This document shows, piece by piece, positions 1-7,679 of a DNA stretch of 59,512 nucleotides. This DNA is from Clostridiales bacterium UBA1752 (lineage in GTDB: Bacteria > Bacillota > Clostridia > Oscillospirales > CAG-382), in the NCBI GenBank assembly GCA_002314835.1, contig DCHM01000009.1, positions 1-59,512 on the forward strand, written 5' to 3'. The position numbers and the translations under genes are program-made. Positions within the stretch are counted from its first letter, which is position 1. Every line of letters begins with the position of its first letter. The notes below the pieces were generated by a model. The model saw only the letters and a list, made by a program, of their open reading frames with translations, was not told where the DNA came from and searched no databases.

Positions 1-158
1 CCGAAAACGGCTGCGGCGACTATTATGGCTATCTGAGAGACGATAGCGGTTACCACGGAGATAAAATCTATCTTTGGGAACACGAAACACAGGAAAGTAC
101 CCTAGTCGCCACATCGCTTTTGGAATTTATCGAGCAATACTATGAGGGTAAAATTTAA
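1..158 (+). CDS. SMI1/KNR4 (SUKH-1)-like protein, C-terminal fragment (5' end outside the window)
   Basis: Open frame from the window edge to TAA at 156-158. It translates ENGCGDYYGYLRDDSGYHGDKIYLWEHETQESTLVATSLLEFIEQYYEGKI, matching the G.GDY...IY.WxHE...VAxSLxEFI pattern of SUKH C-termini. Confidence 0.45.
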   Translation, partial: ENGCGDYYGYLRDDSGYHGDKIYLWEHETQESTLVATSLLEFIEQYYEGKI

Positions 159-498
159 ACACGAAATTGACTTTTAGCGGAATATACTCAAAGCTTTCGT
201 GGACGATATTCAGCGCATCGCGATATCCGGCAATCTCTTTTTCATCACGGGAACGCGGCGTAGTCTTATCGCTCATTAACTGCTTTAGTCGGGTATCCGT
301 CGTGCAGATGCCCTCAATGGCGTTGCTGGCTTCCGTGCTCTGAACCTTGGCGATTTCTACGAGCTTTTCCGGTTCGGCAGGCTTTTGTTTTAAATACAGC
401 ACCTGTTTTCCGCGCTCTGCGTGAATGAAGGGCAGAAGCCCCGTAATCTCGTTATACCACGTTTTGTTTTCAAGATATTTATAGTTAAAGATTCTCAT
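127..498 (-). pseudogene. Fic-family protein, N-terminal fragment only (truncated)
   Basis: MRIFNYKYLENKTW...STEASNAIEGICTTDTRLKQLM...RDEKEIAGYRDALNIV is a typical Fic N-terminal region. Homology is lost about 105 aa in, and the HPFxxGNGR core is absent. The tail reads through the end of the convergent SUKH gene. Confidence 0.6.
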
Positions 499-660
499 AG
501 CGCGCCTCACTTTCTCCTAATATTATTTGCAAAATTAGGAGAAAAACCAAGTGTTAGGAGAAAAGTTTTTAAAAAGCTCAAAAAGCATTTCCGCAACGGT
601 CTCGGTGAATGCGGAAAATATCTGTATATTGTGAATTGATTTGTACTGTTTTTTGCAGGA

Positions 661-717
661 AGAAAAAGCCAAAAATACAATCAGCGCCCCTTTATGTCAA
701 AAGCCATAAAGGGGCGC
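661..717 (-). terminator. Rho-independent terminator of the ABC transporter operon
   Basis: 13-bp stem GCGCCCCTTTATG/CATAAAGGGGCGC (684-717), followed on the minus strand by a T-rich tract. Confidence 0.6.
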
Positions 718-739
718 CTGTATATTCCGCTATTTACGA

Positions 740-1525
740 TTAACTGAATATTTCGTCATCTTTGCTGAGAAAGGCTTTGGTTTTTTCGCTTTTTGGGTGG
801 TTAAAAACCTCATCCGCAGCTCCAATTTCCTCAATAACTCCGTCGTTAACATACATTACGACGTCGGAAATACTGCGAGCAAACTCCATTTCGTGAGTAA
901 CGATAATCATTGCTCTGTCCTTGCACTTGAGCTGTTTGATTACCTTAAGCACTTCACCCGTTAGCTCAGGGTCAAGAGCCGAGGTGGGCTCATCAAAGCA
1001 AAGAATCTGAGGCTCCATCGCAAGGGCTCTCGCGATGGCGACGCGTTGCTGTTGACCGCCGGAAAGCTCGCATGGATAAAATCTTTCTTTATCCAAAAGT
1101 CCTATTGACGCAAGTAACGCCCTGCCTTTTGCTTCTATTTCGGCGTACTTTTGCTTTTTTATCGTCTTAAAACCCTTTTGATTTTCCAACGCCGCCTTTG
1201 GAGCGAGGCAAACGTTTTCGAGTGCATTATATTGCGGAAAAAGATTAAACTGCTGAAAGACCAGTCCAAAGCATTTTTGTTTATCTGATGCAATATACGG
1301 CTCGCCTGCGTTGTCGCATTTAAAAACAGTATCACCGTTTACGCTAATCTCACCGTAATCGGGAGTTTCCAAAAAATTGAGGCAACGAAGCAGCGTGGTT
1401 TTTCCCACTCCGGAGCTGCCGATAACCGAAAGCACCTGCCCTTGCTCAAGGTCAAAGCTTATACCCTTAAGGACCTCGACGTTACCAAAACTCTTTTTTA
1501 GATTTTTTACACTTAATATAGCCAT
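740..1525 (-). CDS. Amino-acid ABC transporter ATP-binding protein
   Basis: Walker A GSSGVGKTT, signature LSGGQQQRVAIARAL and Walker B ILCFDEPTSALD. The ATG at 1525 (MAILSVKNLKK) sits 2 nt after the permease stop. Confidence 0.93.
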   Translation of the reverse strand: MAILSVKNLKKSFGNVEVLKGISFDLEQGQVLSVIGSSGVGKTTLLRCLNFLETPDYGEISVNGDTVFKCDNAGEPYIASDKQKCFGLVFQQFNLFPQYNALENVCLAPKAALENQKGFKTIKKQKYAEIEAKGRALLASIGLLDKERFYPCELSGGQQQRVAIARALAMEPQILCFDEPTSALDPELTGEVLKVIKQLKCKDRAMIIVTHEMEFARSISDVVMYVNDGVIEEIGAADEVFNHPKSEKTKAFLSKDDEIFS

Positions 1526-1529
1526 AATA

Positions 1530-2186
1530 TTACGCCTTAAAATAGTAGAGCTTGTGTTCAAGCTTGCCGAGTATATATGAAAGCAGCCCGTTAAATATCA
1601 AATAAAAAACTCCTGCATAAAACAGCGGCCAAAGAATAACATAATCATTTACTATCTTTTTGGCAACGAATATTATGTCAACCTGAACCGCAACTGACGC
1701 AAACGAAGTATCTTTAACAAGAGTTATTATTTCGTTTGCCACCGGCGGCACAATGCGTTTTACGACCTGCTTTAATATAACCTTGCGAAACGCCTGTTTT
1801 TTGGTCATTCCCAATACCTGGCACGCCTCGTACTGCCCTTTTGAAATGCTCTCAATGCCACTCCTGTAAATCTCAGAAAGATAGCAGGCGTAATTGATGA
1901 TAAAAGCGATACAAACCATAAATATTTTTGCTGCTACGGTTCTTATCGGTATTCCGAGCCAAAGCCCGGGGCCAAATGAAAAAATGATAATCTGCAGCAT
2001 CAGAGGAGTGCCTCTGATTACCCACACAAAGCCTTTTGTAAGATACTTTAGAGGCTTAAATTTTGACATCGAGCCAAAAGCTACCACAAGACCGAGCGGC
2101 AATGAAAATATAAGTGTTGAAAAGAAAATTGCCAGCGTATATGTAAACCCGCGCAATAACTCAAGGGTAACTTCGGTAAAACTCAT
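1530..2186 (-). CDS. Amino-acid ABC transporter permease (His/Glu/Gln/Arg family)
   Basis: 218-aa multi-TM protein with an EAA-like loop (YEACQVLGMTKKQAFRKVILKQ). It lies in an operon between the binding protein and the ATPase. Confidence 0.9.
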   Translation of the reverse strand: MSFTEVTLELLRGFTYTLAIFFSTLIFSLPLGLVVAFGSMSKFKPLKYLTKGFVWVIRGTPLMLQIIIFSFGPGLWLGIPIRTVAAKIFMVCIAFIINYACYLSEIYRSGIESISKGQYEACQVLGMTKKQAFRKVILKQVVKRIVPPVANEIITLVKDTSFASVAVQVDIIFVAKKIVNDYVILWPLFYAGVFYLIFNGLLSYILGKLEHKLYYFKA

Positions 2187-2218
2187 GTCAAACGCTCACT
2201 TTAGGATTTTAATAAATA

Positions 2219-3052
2219 CTATTTTCTTTCGATTATGATGCATGACTCGCCGGCAGAGCCGCTTTCGGCGCCGATGAGTGCGTTTTTCATATCAGCAGTA
2301 GTCTTAAACTTGTCGGCGTCGTCTTTACGAATAACCGCAACCTGCTTATTGGTGAGATAAGGTATAGAGATTTCCATAGCGGCTTTACGTTCATCGGTAA
2401 TGGTGAGGCCGTTCCAGATGCAGTCGATGGACTTACTCTCAAGGTTGATTTCCTTTTGTTCCCAGAGGATTACGACAAATTCAACTTCTATTTCCAACTT
2501 TTGACATACGAGCTTTGCGAGTTCGATATCAAAACCGGTAAGCTTGCCGTCTTTTTCGTATGCAATAGGAGCAAAAAGAGTATAACCGATGATAAGCTTG
2601 CCGCTGTTTTTGATATAATCCCAGTCGGAGGTGTCGGTAGGCTCATTGCCTACATAATCATTATCAATGCAAAGATAATCCTTGAGACCAAATTGCTCCG
2701 CGAGCGTGCCTAAGGTACCGTCGTTAGCAAGCTCGACAAGCGCTTTATTGATATAATAAATCAACGCGCTCCCTTTTCTTGCGGCGATGCCGTATTGCTC
2801 AGATAAGAGCTCAACGCACGTTGCTATAGTAAGGTTATTGGCGTAGGCAGAATCGGCATTTAAATAATAGCCTGCCATAACGCTGTCGATTACGCCGACG
2901 TCAATGCTCTTGGAATTAAGTTGAATTAAAACGTCAAGCTGCGTATCAATAGGCACATATTCTTTACCGAAATTCAGTTTTTGTGAGTTGCAGGAGCAAA
3001 GCACCGTAAGGCAGCAGCTTGCCACGAGAACAAGAGCTATTATTTTCTTCAT
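2219..3052 (-). CDS. Amino-acid ABC substrate-binding lipoprotein (family 3 SBP) with permuted domain order
   Basis: Lipobox LCSCNS. The EQYGIAARKG...INKALVELANDGTL block is normally C-terminal, but here it precedes the normally N-terminal GFDIELAKLV...WNGLTITDERK...IPY block. Start ATG at 3052 is preferred over the TTG at 3061. Confidence 0.85.
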   Translation of the reverse strand: MKKIIALVLVASCCLTVLCSCNSQKLNFGKEYVPIDTQLDVLIQLNSKSIDVGVIDSVMAGYYLNADSAYANNLTIATCVELLSEQYGIAARKGSALIYYINKALVELANDGTLGTLAEQFGLKDYLCIDNDYVGNEPTDTSDWDYIKNSGKLIIGYTLFAPIAYEKDGKLTGFDIELAKLVCQKLEIEVEFVVILWEQKEINLESKSIDCIWNGLTITDERKAAMEISIPYLTNKQVAVIRKDDADKFKTTADMKNALIGAESGSAGESCIIIERK

Positions 3053-3104
3053 AACCGACAACCAACCTTCCGCATTATTATGCTGCCATATATAATCGTT
3101 TTAG

Positions 3105-3133
3105 ATTATTGCATATTTGCTTTGATTTGTCAA
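3105..3133 (-). promoter_or_regulatory. Candidate sigma-A promoter of the ABC operon
   Basis: On the minus strand: TTGACA, 17 nt, AATAAT. It lies about 50 nt upstream of the binding-protein start. Confidence 0.45.
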
Positions 3134-3344
3134 TATAACAAATAGTATAGCAGTTTGATATGCCAACGCACTCGCACTTGATTTTATCATAAGCTGCCGT
3201 TTTGCCAAATTATAACCGCCTGCCTCTTAAACAACCGTAAGTTTTTGGCAAATGCTATCGGCAATAGGTCGGATAACCGATATGTTTGCCGATACAATAC
3301 CGTGTTTTATCCGTTTGCCGTAAGCTCAGACAGATAATATATGA

Positions 3345-3373
3345 TTGACAATCTACCGATATAATAGTATAAT
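3345..3373 (+). promoter_or_regulatory. Consensus sigma-A promoter of GGDEF gene 1
   Basis: TTGACA (3345-3350), 17-nt spacer, TATAAT (3368-3373). It lies 33 nt upstream of the ATG at 3406. Confidence 0.6.
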
Positions 3374-3405
3374 ATACTCGATAAATACCGAAAGGGGGCA
3401 ATGTT

Positions 3406-4482
3406 ATGGACAACGTTTCGCGGTCGGCTTTGGAATTGTATATGAACCGTATTTTTAAAATGCTTATAGTGTTTATTCCCATAATAGCGTTGTGCGCCGG
3501 ATGTACTTATACCGCTCTCAAGGTGCTTGGATATTACGAGGACGTCCCCATCGTTACGCTTATTGCTTTTGACGCAAGCTGCGTAGTGTATTTTATCGTC
3601 GGCTATATTTTTGCCAAAAAATGCGAAGATAAAAACGGCAACTTAAAGCCCAAGGTGGTTTTTAAGGGTAAAATCTTTATTTGCTGCCTTATTTTTATAC
3701 AATGGTGCTTTATTACTCACCTTATTCCGTCGAGGGAATTTTGGGCGTATATTATCCTATTCGTTATGGTTGTGGTTTTCTTTCTGGATAGTAAAATGGT
3801 CGCCGTAGTTATAGGGGAAATGCTGGTTTGCGTCGCTGTGTCCTATATTTTTAAGGGCGACGCTCTGCTACCCGTAAAGGATGAATTTTACGTGCCAAAC
3901 ATAGTTCTCAGGGCGGTTTTGATCGTGCTTACTCTGTTTTGCATGTGGCTATTCACCTATTTGGTGGAAACAAGGCTCGTGGCGGAGCTCGAAAAAATAT
4001 CCGATTACGATACGCTTACCATGCTTTATAACCGCAGAAAAATGACAAAGTTTTTGGATAACGCCATTCTCAACGCCAAAAAGACGGGCACGGGCTTTGC
4101 GGTTATGATGTGCGATTTGGATGATTTTAAGCTTGTAAACGATACCTATGGTCACGATTGCGGCGATATGGTGCTCAAAAACATCGCATCCGTCATAATG
4201 CATTCCGTTAATCAAAGCGGAGGTGCTTTTAGGTACGGCGGCGAAGAGGTGCTCTCGGTTTTGTATGCAGATAGCGAGCAAGCCAAATCCGTCGCGGAAG
4301 AAATACGCCGTACCGTGGAAAAATCTTTCGTGGAATACGACGGCAACAAGGTTACGGTTACGATAACCATAGGCGTTGCGGTTTACGAGGAAAACGACAT
4401 CAGCCCCGATTATATAATCAAGCGTGCGGATTCCAATTTGTATTTCGGCAAAACCCACGGCAAAAACAGAGTTATCGGTTAA
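3406..4482 (+). CDS. Membrane-anchored diguanylate cyclase-like (GGDEF domain) protein, motif GGEEV
   Basis: About 190 aa of multi-TM N-terminus, followed by DYDTLTMLYNRRK...DLDDFKLVNDTYGHDCGD...FRYGGEEVLSV. RBS is AAAGGGGG. Confidence 0.85.
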   Translation: MDNVSRSALELYMNRIFKMLIVFIPIIALCAGCTYTALKVLGYYEDVPIVTLIAFDASCVVYFIVGYIFAKKCEDKNGNLKPKVVFKGKIFICCLIFIQWCFITHLIPSREFWAYIILFVMVVVFFLDSKMVAVVIGEMLVCVAVSYIFKGDALLPVKDEFYVPNIVLRAVLIVLTLFCMWLFTYLVETRLVAELEKISDYDTLTMLYNRRKMTKFLDNAILNAKKTGTGFAVMMCDLDDFKLVNDTYGHDCGDMVLKNIASVIMHSVNQSGGAFRYGGEEVLSVLYADSEQAKSVAEEIRRTVEKSFVEYDGNKVTVTITIGVAVYEENDISPDYIIKRADSNLYFGKTHGKNRVIG

Positions 4483-4517
4483 AGCGTATTTTTTGCGAAG
4501 ACAGTAAGTTTAATATC

Positions 4518-4552
4518 AAAAGACGGCAGATTTTGCTCTGCCGTCTTTTTTG
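4518..4552 (+). terminator. Rho-independent terminator
   Basis: Stem AAAAGACGGCAG/CTGCCGTCTTTT running into a T-run. Confidence 0.8.
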
Positions 4553-4623
4553 TCATCAACCGCGTATAAAACGCGGATGCGGCAATAAGATATAAAGTAC
4601 TGCAATACTATTATTAAACGGCA

Positions 4624-4652
4624 TTGACAAAACAATGCGGCGATGATATAAT
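4624..4652 (+). promoter_or_regulatory. Consensus sigma-A promoter of the AAA+/DUF4143 gene
   Basis: TTGACA, 17 nt, TATAAT. Confidence 0.6.
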
Positions 4653-4699
4653 AAAGAAAAATGCTAAATGTTGCAAAAATCCTTATTTGGAGGCGCGGT

Positions 4700-5998
4700 A
4701 TGGAAATTAAACGTGATTCTTATCTGTCTGCATTAATAAATCGCAAAGGTAACGGACTGATAAAAGTCATTACAGGCATCCGAAGGTGCGGTAAGTCGTA
4801 TCTGCTCAACACCATATTTTACAACCATTTACTTTCGGAGGGTGTAAAAGAGGACCATATTATCCGTTTTGCCTTTGATTCTGCAGACGATTTAGATACG
4901 ATAGGCGAAAATTTAATTGAGTTGGAAAAAGAAGATAAAAAAGTCAATCCCGAGAAATTTATGATATACATTCGTTCTCAAATAAAAGATAAAGATATGT
5001 ATTATCTTTTACTTGACGAGGTGCAAATGCTCGGCTCCTTTGAAAGTGTTTTAAACGGTTACCTTCGTAAGGACAATATGGATGTATATGTAACGGGCAG
5101 CAATGCAAAATTTCTTTCCAGCGACATTATTACGGAATTTGCCGGCCGCGGCGATGAAATCAGGATGTATCCGATATCATTTTCCGAGTTTATGACCGTA
5201 TATTCCGGCGATAAATACGAAGGCCTTACGCAGTATATGACGTATGGAGGTATTCCGCTTGTCGTCCTTCGTCAAAATGAAAACGACAAAGCCCGTACTC
5301 TGCAAAATCTGTTTGATGAAATATATATTAGGGATATAATCAAAAGAAGCAAGCTGAAAAAGCAAAGCGAGCTTGAAGACTTGTTAAACATTCTTTCGTC
5401 TTCTATCGGTTCTCTAACTAATCCCGAAAAATTAAAAAACACATTTCGCTCGGTTAAAAACAGCAAAATAACAACCGTTACCATTAACAAATACCTAAAG
5501 TGTTTGGAAGACGCCTTCCTTATTGAGTCTGTGCAAAGATACGACGTAAAAGGAAAGGCATATATCGAAACGCCCAAAAAGTATTATTTCTCGGATTTAG
5601 GGCTCAGAAATGCTCGAATCAACTTCCGTCAATTCGAGCAAACCCACGCTATGGAAAACGTAATATACAACGAATTGAAAATGCGAGGCTATAACGTTGA
5701 TATAGGCATCGTACCGATTTCGGAGCGAAACGAGGAAGGTAAAGTAGTAAGAAAACAGTTAGAAGTTGACTTTGTATGTAATCTCGGCTCCAAACGATAC
5801 TATATCCAATCTGCATATTCATTGCCGACTGCCGAAAAGCACGAGCAGGAAGTAAGACCTCTGCGCAAGATAGATGATTCTTTTAAAAAGATAATCATTA
5901 CAAAAGATATTGTTCCGTCCACCTATGATGAAAGCGGCGTGCTCACTATTAATTTGTACGATTTTTTGTTAGACGAAAAAGCCGAAAGCATATTGTAA
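4700..5998 (+). CDS. AAA+ ATPase (AAA_14-like) with a DUF4143-like C-terminal region
   Basis: Walker A GIRRCGKSYLL and Walker B YYLLLDEVQ. The C-terminal block LEVDFVCN...YYIQSAYSL resembles the DUF4143 nuclease-like module. ATG at 4700 has a GGAGG RBS. Confidence 0.8.
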   Translation: MEIKRDSYLSALINRKGNGLIKVITGIRRCGKSYLLNTIFYNHLLSEGVKEDHIIRFAFDSADDLDTIGENLIELEKEDKKVNPEKFMIYIRSQIKDKDMYYLLLDEVQMLGSFESVLNGYLRKDNMDVYVTGSNAKFLSSDIITEFAGRGDEIRMYPISFSEFMTVYSGDKYEGLTQYMTYGGIPLVVLRQNENDKARTLQNLFDEIYIRDIIKRSKLKKQSELEDLLNILSSSIGSLTNPEKLKNTFRSVKNSKITTVTINKYLKCLEDAFLIESVQRYDVKGKAYIETPKKYYFSDLGLRNARINFRQFEQTHAMENVIYNELKMRGYNVDIGIVPISERNEEGKVVRKQLEVDFVCNLGSKRYYIQSAYSLPTAEKHEQEVRPLRKIDDSFKKIIITKDIVPSTYDESGVLTINLYDFLLDEKAESIL

Positions 5999-6075
5999 GA
6001 CAAAAACACGTCAAAAGTCCCTTGGCACACGGTTTTTGATGTTTTTAGGATTTCTCTATGCCCTCAATATCACGA

Positions 6076-6102
6076 AAAGCACGCCCAAGCAGCGTGCTTT
6101 TT
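6076..6102 (+). terminator. Rho-independent terminator
   Basis: Stem AAAGCACGC/GCGTGCTTT followed by TT. Confidence 0.65.
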
Positions 6103-6260
6103 GCGTTATACAACCAAAAATCCCCCACGCAAATGACTAATCAAATGTGTGGGGATGTTTTATTAAGTTCTCGTGTTAATTCTATGCTTAATCAATGCTC
6201 AAAAGATAAACTTTGCCAGAACTCTTTATTGTTCTTATAACCAATAAAGCCCCCTACTTT

Positions 6261-7679
6261 TTATTTCTCAAACATTTTTAAGAGCTTCATTTTGATTTTT
6301 TCATTTTTTCCGCCGTAGGGATGCTCGCGGAGAGGCAGGTTAAGGTGAGTTTTACCCGTCATAACGGTCTGCGGATGGGTGAATTCGCGGAATCCCCATT
6401 CGCCGTGATACGCACCCATGCCCGAGTGCCCCGTGCCGTTAAAGGGTACGCCCTTAACCATCATGTGAACGCAGACCTCGTTGATACAGCCACCGCCGAA
6501 TTGTTGTGTCCGCATCACACGGTTTGCCCACTTTTTGTCTTTGGTAAAGATATACAGTGCCAGCGGATGCTCGCGCTCCGCCATCGTGTCGAGAATCTCA
6601 TCGACCTCACCGTCTTTATAAGGAACTACGGGCAAAATCGGGCAAAACAGCTCGTGCCGTACGATATCGTCGTTTTTATCTATCGGGTAAAGCACAGTAG
6701 GCGCAAACTTACACGTCTCTTTTACTCCCGCGCCGCCAAAAAAGATGCGGTCTCGGTACTCTGCCGATATTTTCTCGCATTTATCATAGACCGACGAGGT
6801 GATAAGCTTTGGATATTCACCGTTTTGCTCGGGATGCTCACCTATCTGACGTATAAACTCCGCTTTGAGCGCGTCGAGAAAATCGGCGGCGATTTCCGAG
6901 GCAACGGCTATCTGATTGATATTGATGCAGATTTGTCCTGCGTTGCAGAGCTTAAAAAAGGCGATTTTGCGTGCCGCATCCTTGACGTCGGCATCAGCGC
7001 GGACGAGGCACCAGTTGCCGGTTTCGCCTCCGAGCTCCAAAGCCACGGGGGTCAGGTTTTTTGACGCCTCCGCCATAACGTGCTTTGCCACGCTCGGGGA
7101 GCCGGTATAAAATATCTTATCAAACCGCTGTGCAAGGCATATATCGGCGATATCGTGTCCGCCGTCGATTAAAGCGATATATTCCTCGTCAAAGGTCTCG
7201 GCAACAAACTTTTTGAGCACCTCTGAGCACGCCGCAGACTTTGAGCTCGTCTTGATAACCGCGGTATTGCCGCCTGCGATGCTCGCGAGCAGGACGCCGA
7301 GCGTGAGCAGCAACGGGAAATTAAACGGGCTGATGATGAGCGTCACGCCGTAGGGCATTTTATAGACCTTTGTCGAAACGCTGGGAAAGCACATTACTCC
7401 GCTGTAATGCCTCTCGGGCCTTGCCCAGCGGCGCAGTCCCTTGATCGTTTCGTTAATCTCGACGATAATCGGTCCTATATCACACAGGTATGCCTCGACC
7501 TTGCTCCTGCCGAGGTCCTCGTGCAATGCCGCTTCAAAATCCGTTTCGTGAGCAAGGACGGCGGCTCTTAGCTTTTTGAGCTGTTTGATTCGCCACGAAA
7601 CGTCGAGCGTTTTACCCGTCCTGAAATATGCGCGCTGTTTTTCTACGATACTATGTATTTGCTCTTGAGTAAACATCAT
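6261..7679 (-). CDS. Aldehyde dehydrogenase family protein (class-3-like)
   Basis: ALELGGE glutamate motif, a CNAGQICI catalytic Cys region, and 472-aa ALDH length and architecture. Confidence 0.9.
   Translation of the reverse strand: MMFTQEQIHSIVEKQRAYFRTGKTLDVSWRIKQLKKLRAAVLAHETDFEAALHEDLGRSKVEAYLCDIGPIIVEINETIKGLRRWARPERHYSGVMCFPSVSTKVYKMPYGVTLIISPFNFPLLLTLGVLLASIAGGNTAVIKTSSKSAACSEVLKKFVAETFDEEYIALIDGGHDIADICLAQRFDKIFYTGSPSVAKHVMAEASKNLTPVALELGGETGNWCLVRADADVKDAARKIAFFKLCNAGQICININQIAVASEIAADFLDALKAEFIRQIGEHPEQNGEYPKLITSSVYDKCEKISAEYRDRIFFGGAGVKETCKFAPTVLYPIDKNDDIVRHELFCPILPVVPYKDGEVDEILDTMAEREHPLALYIFTKDKKWANRVMRTQQFGGGCINEVCVHMMVKGVPFNGTGHSGMGAYHGEWGFREFTHPQTVMTGKTHLNLPLREHPYGGKNEKIKMKLLKMFEK

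Noticed and set aside
421-639. 72-aa plus-strand ORF over the Fic start region
   Set aside because: It is antisense to the Fic fragment and its promoter region, and it has no RBS.
3257-3293. Compound hairpin ATCGGCAA...TTGCCGAT between the divergent ABC and GGDEF promoters
   Set aside because: It lies upstream of both candidate promoters and no partner motif occurs elsewhere in the window. It may be an operator but cannot be supported from the sequence alone.
6023-6039. TGGCAC...TTTTG resembling a sigma-54 -24/-12 promoter
   Set aside because: Ten nt after the GG the sequence is TT, not GC, and no plus-strand gene lies downstream.
6058-6240. 60-aa ORF between the AAA+ gene and the ALDH gene
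   Set aside because: It crosses two terminator hairpins, has no RBS and has an implausible composition.
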